Below, piece by piece: positions 6,338-10,404 of a stretch of DNA of 10,404 bases. The stretch comes from Conexivisphaerales archaeon. GTDB lineage: Archaea > Thermoproteota > Nitrososphaeria > Conexivisphaerales > DTJL01. Numbering within the stretch: the stretch's first letter is position 1; each line of letters starts with the position of its first letter. The position numbers and the translations under genes were made by a program. The notes under the pieces were generated by a model, which saw only the letters and a program-made list of their open reading frames with translations, had not been told where the DNA came from and did no database searches. The stretch lies in the NCBI GenBank assembly GCA_049509455.1, contig JBEKZX010000058.1, positions 1-10,404 on the forward strand, read 5' to 3'.

Positions 6338-7270
6338 TTACACGATGACCGGTTCTGTCTTGTCATCTGTTGGAAGAGGTCGCGACGACTTGACCTTCAA
6401 CAAGACAAACGCGACCAAGGCCATCAGCGCAATCCCCGCCGCAAGGTATGGGAGTCCGCTTGCCGTTGAGACTACAACCTTCGGGTTCATGACGGCCCCG
6501 AGAACCACAGAGAAGACGATGATTCCGGTTGAAACATAGAACAGTGCCTTGTACTCCCTGTCGGGTTTGAAACTTTTTGCCAGTTTCTTTCTGTCAACCT
6601 CGCCTACGGAGAAGTTCATGAGAACGCCCGCTGCACCCACGATGAATGGAATGGCGAAAGAGAGATTGAGTTGTTGCGCAAGCCGGGTCAGGTCGATGAA
6701 CTGGTGGAGGCCGAGAACTGAAAAGAGGAGCAGCAAGAGGAAAAGGGCGGCGGATCCAAAGAATACCCCCTGGTCAAACAGCCTCCCGGAGAGCGCCGGT
6801 CCATAGGTTCTCCGCCACGGCAGTGTCCTCTCGCCCGGCTTCAGGTCCTTGGTGGTCTTCTCCGTCAGTACAGGCAACTCGTTCTGAAGCAAGTATATCT
6901 TGTGCGTTGGGTCGAGCGGCAATCTCTCTCCGTTGTAATCGTACACCGCTCCCTTGACGAGCCTCGTAAACGGATACAGCCATTCGACGCCTCTGTCCCT
7001 GGCCGTTGTGAGGGCGTCGAGGAACGTATGGAGGAAGGCTCCGAGACCAAGGTAGGGGTTCACCAAATAGACTATCCCGAGAAACAGGAGATTATGGCAA
7101 AGCGCGCGATGACCCTGTCTGTTACGGAAGGTCTCCTTGCTAAAGAAACCATACTCTCTGTCCAGGTCAGGAAGCGTGGAGCCGAGCCCAACCAGCAATA
7201 TAATCTCTGGCTTGCCGAAGAAGACGGCTCCGATGGCTAACCCGAGCATGACGTGAGTTGGGAAGTTCAT
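6338..7270 (-). CDS. Membrane-bound metal-dependent hydrolase, YdjM (LexA-binding inner-membrane hydrolase) family, with a C-terminal multi-TM extension (310 aa)
   Basis: The hallmark motifs occur in order: THVMLG, LPDLD, GHRALCHN, LHTFLD, GVEWLYPF. Additional hydrophobic helices lie in the C-terminal third. Confidence 0.85.
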   Translation of the reverse strand: MNFPTHVMLGLAIGAVFFGKPEIILLVGLGSTLPDLDREYGFFSKETFRNRQGHRALCHNLLFLGIVYLVNPYLGLGAFLHTFLDALTTARDRGVEWLYPFTRLVKGAVYDYNGERLPLDPTHKIYLLQNELPVLTEKTTKDLKPGERTLPWRRTYGPALSGRLFDQGVFFGSAALFLLLLLFSVLGLHQFIDLTRLAQQLNLSFAIPFIVGAAGVLMNFSVGEVDRKKLAKSFKPDREYKALFYVSTGIIVFSVVLGAVMNPKVVVSTASGLPYLAAGIALMALVAFVLLKVKSSRPLPTDDKTEPVIV

Positions 7271-7459
7271 GCGTGCTCGCCGACTCCCATTCTCTCTCCG
7301 GACTTCTTATCTGTTTGTCCCAAGAACGAAAGGCAGAAGGCGCTCAACCCAGTATCTCAGCCGATCAAAGGAGCGTCCCGGCTATCATCGAGCGAACTCG
7401 AGCTATCCGGAGGCATCCATCTGAGGAAGCCAGATATCACACAAAGAGTTCGACATAGC

Positions 7460-7465
7460 TTTATA
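7460..7465 (+). promoter_or_regulatory. TATA box (TTTATA) for 7513..7716
   Basis: Canonical archaeal TATA about 50 nt upstream of the ATG, leaving room for a leader that contains the SD. Confidence 0.6.
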
Positions 7466-7498
7466 TGACCGTAACAGAAAAAGCGGATGGAAATCACG

Positions 7499-7506
7499 GG
7501 AGGTGA
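7499..7506 (+). promoter_or_regulatory. Shine-Dalgarno GGAGGTGA
   Basis: Perfect archaeal SD ending 6 nt before ATG 7513. Confidence 0.75.
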
Positions 7507-7512
7507 ATTGGA

Positions 7513-7716
7513 ATGGCAAAGAAAGTTGAGATCGATAGTGGTAAGATGGAGGACATTAAGAAGGCGGCCTTTGACTTCAAAGACTCGGTTTTGAAGGTCC
7601 TGAAGGACAACAATGTCGTGGTGAAGGACTGGAAGGTCGGAACGGAGAGTCACGAGGAAGGCATTACAATTGACGTCTCGCTGAAGGTACTCATCAAACC
7701 GAAACCCGGGAAGTAG
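7513..7716 (+). CDS. Small hypothetical protein (67 aa)
   Basis: TATA box plus strong SD. The sequence looks natural: a helix followed by beta strands (FKDSVLKVLKDNNVVVKDWKVGTESHEEGITIDVSLKVLIKP). Confidence 0.85.
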   Translation: MAKKVEIDSGKMEDIKKAAFDFKDSVLKVLKDNNVVVKDWKVGTESHEEGITIDVSLKVLIKPKPGK

Positions 7717-7727
7717 CTGAATACGAT

Positions 7728-8042
7728 ATGAGACCAGCTCTTGGACAGCTCATTCCCGTTCTTGGACGGTTCGTCCCTATTCTTTGGGTAATCTTACCAG
7801 CCTTCGGCCCGATCGTCCCTTGTCTCATCTCTTTTTCCCTGAACAGGGCGCTAGGGGGATGGAAGTCCAAAGGACTAATCGAGAACTACGGGACAAGGGC
7901 TGTGAGGTCAGGCAGAATGAGTTATGGGATAGAAATCTGCGTCGTCCTAACGACGGAGCAGGCAGGAGACAGACTCCATGAACTCCTCGCTAGAGCCACT
8001 GGCTACTGGTCCGATCTGAACCCAAAACAGGACGGAGCATAA
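7728..8042 (+). CDS. Hypothetical protein with a hydrophobic Pro-periodic N-terminus (104 aa)
   Basis: Starts 11 nt after the previous stop, suggesting an operon. The C-terminal WKSKGLIENYGTRAVRSGRMSYGIEICVVLTTEQA looks like natural protein. Confidence 0.55.
   Translation: MRPALGQLIPVLGRFVPILWVILPAFGPIVPCLISFSLNRALGGWKSKGLIENYGTRAVRSGRMSYGIEICVVLTTEQAGDRLHELLARATGYWSDLNPKQDGA
7737..7820 (+). repeat. Degenerate 21-bp (7-codon) tandem repeat, about 4 units
   Basis: Units GCTCTTGGACAGCTCATTCCC / GTTCTTGGACGGTTCGTCCCT / ATTCTTTGGGTAATCTTACCA / GCCTTCGGCCCGATCGTCCCT encode ALGQLIP / VLGRFVP / ILWVILP / AFGPIVP. Units 1 and 2 match at 15 of 21 positions, and all the differences are transitions. 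Confidence 0.55.
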
Positions 8043-8119
8043 TCTGAACGAAGCTGAAAGCCTAGACACTTACGAGCTCGAACCAGTGGAGAACACGACA
8101 TCTGTTTCGTACTATGAGG

Positions 8120-8605
8120 CTAGACGTGATCCATGACCAAGTCCCTAATCTTCTCATGATTGGCCAGATGCCTGACGATGCTCTTCGTGACCCTCATTAC
8201 CTGCGCGTCAAAGAACCTCGATACGATTAGGGAAAGGACGAATGAGAGGATGCCCAGAGCCAATACCTCATAGACGTCTATTCTGCCAAGAAACGCCACA
8301 ATTGAGAGCGTGAACACCGCGCCTATGACGCCCATGATGGCGGACCTTATTATGAAGTAGAGTCTTTGCAGCCACGTGGAATACAGCAGCGCCTTTATGA
8401 TCGCTCTCTTTTCGATATCACGCTTCTCTCCGGGCGATGCGTTCCGTATCTCCAGCAAGACCCCTTTTGTGTGATCAAGGTCGCACAGGAGCAAGAGCTT
8501 CTTTGCGTGAACGCTCTCTGACAGATCCCAAGAGCTCTTTTTATCAAGCTCCGCCAGGATCACTTGAGACATTTTTTCTATTTCTTCATCAACTTTGGTC
8601 GTCAT
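8120..8605 (-). CDS. Hypothetical membrane protein (161 aa): soluble helical N-terminus plus two TM helices
   Basis: Clean frame with hydrophobic segments SAIMGVIGAVFTLSIVAFLG and VLALGILSFVLSLIVSRFF, and an upstream TATA-like element. Confidence 0.85.
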   Translation of the reverse strand: MTTKVDEEIEKMSQVILAELDKKSSWDLSESVHAKKLLLLCDLDHTKGVLLEIRNASPGEKRDIEKRAIIKALLYSTWLQRLYFIIRSAIMGVIGAVFTLSIVAFLGRIDVYEVLALGILSFVLSLIVSRFFDAQVMRVTKSIVRHLANHEKIRDLVMDHV

Positions 8606-8651
8606 GGTCCCACCGAATCAGCAACCGCGCACATGAATCTGGAAGCGCACG

Positions 8652-8659
8652 ATATAATA
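8652..8659 (-). promoter_or_regulatory. TATA-like element (TATTATAT on minus strand) for 8120..8605
   Basis: AT-rich box about 50 nt upstream of the ATG at 8605, in otherwise GC-rich DNA. Confidence 0.45.
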
Positions 8660-8734
8660 GTTGTATCACCTGCGAAGCCGGTCTATCGGGTCGGCAGGAA
8701 CGTAATCGCGACATAATTGCAGAGAGGGCGTCCT

Positions 8735-8760
8735 GCTAGCTTGTATCGAGACAGGCTAGC
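8735..8760. other. 26-bp near-perfect palindrome/hairpin in a long intergenic region
   Basis: GCTAGCTTGT-ATCGAG-ACAGGCTAGC gives a 10-bp stem (one G-U) with a 6-nt loop. Confidence 0.45.
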
Positions 8761-9000
8761 TTGGTGGGGCAGCCCTCCGGCGCTGTGCTACTGTCCATCC
8801 CGGCGAGGCGTGAACCAGACTTGGCTCAGACAGTGGACTGGGAATTGTCGACCGATTCAGCGTTGAAGTCCCTTAGCTTCGATCATCTCCAACTACCGTT
8901 CACGGCCGCGCTTACATGTGACCTTCTTCAACTCAGTCTTCCTCTGCATCGTACGTCTGCCTGACGACAGGCAAAGCTGACGGTCGGTGAAAGTGGTGTG

Positions 9001-9024
9001 CAGAAAAAGGTTGGATTGAAAAGT
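9001..9024 (-). terminator. U-rich archaeal terminator-like tract after the DUF1508 gene
   Basis: The minus strand reads ...CACTTTTCAATCCAACCTTTTTCTG just downstream of the TAA at 9031-9033. Confidence 0.4.
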
Positions 9025-9030
9025 GATAGC

Positions 9031-9219
9031 TTACTTCTTCAGCGTGAGGTCCCTGAGTTCCGCGGAGCGGGCGTTCTTCTTTATCGATTCAATTCCTTCC
9101 ATGCATGATTCCTTGGAACCGTAGCCTTCGCCCGTAGCTATGATTTCGCCGTTGCTCGCCCTCAGCCTGAACCGGAACTTGCTGGCAGTATCTTGGTAGA
9201 TTTCAAAGTATCCTGGCAT
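9031..9219 (-). CDS. YegP family / DUF1508 (UPF0339) single-domain protein
   Basis: Strong signature FEIYQDTASKFRFRLRASNGEIIATGEGYGSKESCMEGIESIKKNA. ATG 9219 is preferred over 9243 because the TATA-like TATTAAT at 9256-9262 lies too close to 9243. Confidence 0.9.
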   Translation of the reverse strand: MPGYFEIYQDTASKFRFRLRASNGEIIATGEGYGSKESCMEGIESIKKNARSAELRDLTLKK

Positions 9220-9255
9220 CGATTTCTCTTCTCCGGCATGCATGTACTTGTCGAC

Positions 9256-9262
9256 ATTAATA
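9256..9262 (-). promoter_or_regulatory. TATA-like element (TATTAAT) for the DUF1508 gene
   Basis: About 40 nt upstream of ATG 9219. Confidence 0.45.
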
Positions 9263-9564
9263 GCCTATGGTTTGTATCAATCGTGTCGAACGAGGGCGAC
9301 TACCACCGGCTGCCTGGACCTCAAGCGGCTCGCCGCCTGTGCACGGTGCATGTGCATGGCCCCCTCGAGAGGCAATTCCGCAAGGGAATCGCAATCGTGT
9401 CTGACAGTCCGGATGCTCGCCTGTGAGTCCTGAGACTACCTGCTGCAAGGACACTCCCTATTTGGCAAGCTGCCTTGGTACGCTCCCTAGGCGCGGTCAG
9501 AGGTCTTCTGCGAGGCTGATGTGAGGACGCCCGATGTTCGTAACATCTTAAACATACGAGGAGA

Positions 9565-9570
9565 TATTAA
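9565..9570 (+). promoter_or_regulatory. TATA-like element (TATTAA) for 9604..9765
   Basis: About 35 nt upstream of ATG 9604. Confidence 0.4.
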
Positions 9571-9603
9571 CACTCGGCATCCGCTAGAGGACGGTAGTAG
9601 AAA

Positions 9604-9765
9604 ATGGATCTGTTGTGGGCCGTGGTCGCTGTCCTCGTGATACTCTGGCTATTTGGGTTCCTTTACGGTGTCGGCGGAGACCTCATACATTTGCTGCTTG
9701 TCATCGCGGTGATCGTGGTGGTCTATCGGCTCTACAAGGGCGAGAATCTGCTCACCGGCAAGTAA
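9604..9765 (+). CDS. lmo0937-family (DUF5670-like) small membrane protein, 53 aa, absent from the ORF track
   Basis: My translation MDLLWAVVAVLVILWLFGFLYGVGGDLIHLLLVIAVIVVVYRLYKGENLLTGK* (TAA 9763-9765) shows the family pattern LW...v.L.vLWL.G......GG.LIH.LLViA.iv. Confidence 0.9.
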   Translation: MDLLWAVVAVLVILWLFGFLYGVGGDLIHLLLVIAVIVVVYRLYKGENLLTGK

Positions 9766-9974
9766 CCGCAAGCTAGGATCAGTTCTGCCGGCACCAAAAG
9801 CACGGCGGGAACCGACGGTTTCGCGGAGAAGGGTGTTCCACGCGGGGGGAGCACGTGCGCTGAGCAGGCGTTGAAGGTAGTCTCCGGACCATACATTCTG
9901 GTTTACTCTCAAGACGTAGTGAGAGCGAGCGCCGGGCTCGTGACTCCGCGCAGCCTGCTGGGTGTTATACTTGG

Positions 9975-10403
9975 CTAGAGGTGAGGGAACAATGATGCGG
10001 GAACCACTATGCCGAAGAGGGCTCCGAGTATGATGCTCAGCACGGCGAAGATGACTATCGCGAGTATGGCTATCCCGAGGCCGCCCAGCCAGCCCGTGTC
10101 GAAGCTTTCTTTGTAGACCCATATCCAGCCTAGGAAGGCCAGGACCAGAGCGATGATGAATCCCCATGAGCCGATCGTCGATCCTAGAAGGAAGTCCACT
10201 GCGACCAAGATCACGATGTAGATTATCGGGCCGAACAGGGTGGCGACCATGGCATCGCCAAAGGTGGATTTCCCTCCGGTTATCGCCTTGCCCGCCAACC
10301 ACGCCGGTATTGAAACGACTATCCACAGGATCACCAGGCCGATGATGGTCAGGAGCAGGCCCGTCAAAGTCAGGCTGCTAAGGCTAGGAAGAGTTAGATT
10401 CAT
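9975..10403 (-). CDS. Hypothetical integral membrane protein (about 4 TM); the start lies at the window edge and may extend upstream
   Basis: Strongly hydrophobic frame with an archaeal-looking pattern (WLAGKAITGGKSTFGDAM...WIWVYKESFDTGWLGGLGIAILA). The overlapping 9649..10326 ORF is an Arg/His/Gly-rich shadow. Confidence 0.85.
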   Translation of the reverse strand: MNLTLPSLSSLTLTGLLLTIIGLVILWIVVSIPAWLAGKAITGGKSTFGDAMVATLFGPIIYIVILVAVDFLLGSTIGSWGFIIALVLAFLGWIWVYKESFDTGWLGGLGIAILAIVIFAVLSIILGALFGIVVPASLFPHL

Positions 10404-10404
10404 C

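Noticed and set aside
7737-7820. CRISPR array interpretation of the 21-bp repeats
   Set aside because: The units are contiguous, degenerate, have no spacers and are in frame within a CDS.
8893-8949. Minus-strand mini-ORF MQRKTELKKVTCKRGRER*, resembling the start of a Zn-ribbon (CKRCGRE)
   Set aside because: Only 18 codons, with one Cys and no second CxxC downstream. Too weak.
9649-10326. 225-aa minus-strand ORF
   Set aside because: It is an off-frame shadow of 9975..10403 and is antisense to the lmo0937-like gene, with low-complexity Arg/His/Gly composition.
1-10404. tRNA, rRNA, SRP/RNase P RNA, IS elements, and the remaining short or antisense ORFs in the track
   Set aside because: By eye I found no cloverleaf, T-loop context, SRP/RNase P core motif, or transposase/integrase signature. 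The other listed ORFs overlap better-supported genes or lack coding features.

Overview
This is an archaeal-looking accessory region. TATA-type promoters, a leaderless first gene and a GGAGGTGA Shine-Dalgarno site support that. An RHH-plus-sensor-type protein and a NitrOD5/DUF3227-like protein suggest Nitrososphaerota or another TACK lineage (inference). The best-supported genes are a UPF0104/LPG-synthase-TM flippase-like membrane protein, a NitrOD5-like small protein abutting or overlapping a two-domain GvpD/KaiC-like ATPase, a YdjM-type membrane metal-dependent hydrolase, a DUF1508/YegP-family protein, and an lmo0937-family micro membrane protein that the ORF track missed. There are also two small DNA-binding proteins (wHTH and RHH), a cysteine-free HMA/CopZ-like protein, and several small hypothetical proteins. 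Decayed gene remnants are present, notably a YVTN beta-propeller/PEF-CTERM surface-protein tail. I saw no rRNA, tRNA, CRISPR array or transposase. The two most interesting candidate systems are (i) a regulator cluster marked by three related CAATT-AATTG palindromes that ends in a Cys-less HMA protein, and (ii) a NitrOD5-like + GvpD/KaiC-like ATPase module with no gas-vesicle genes, flanked by membrane lipid/glycan-handling genes. All family assignments come from motif recognition by eye, not from database searches.
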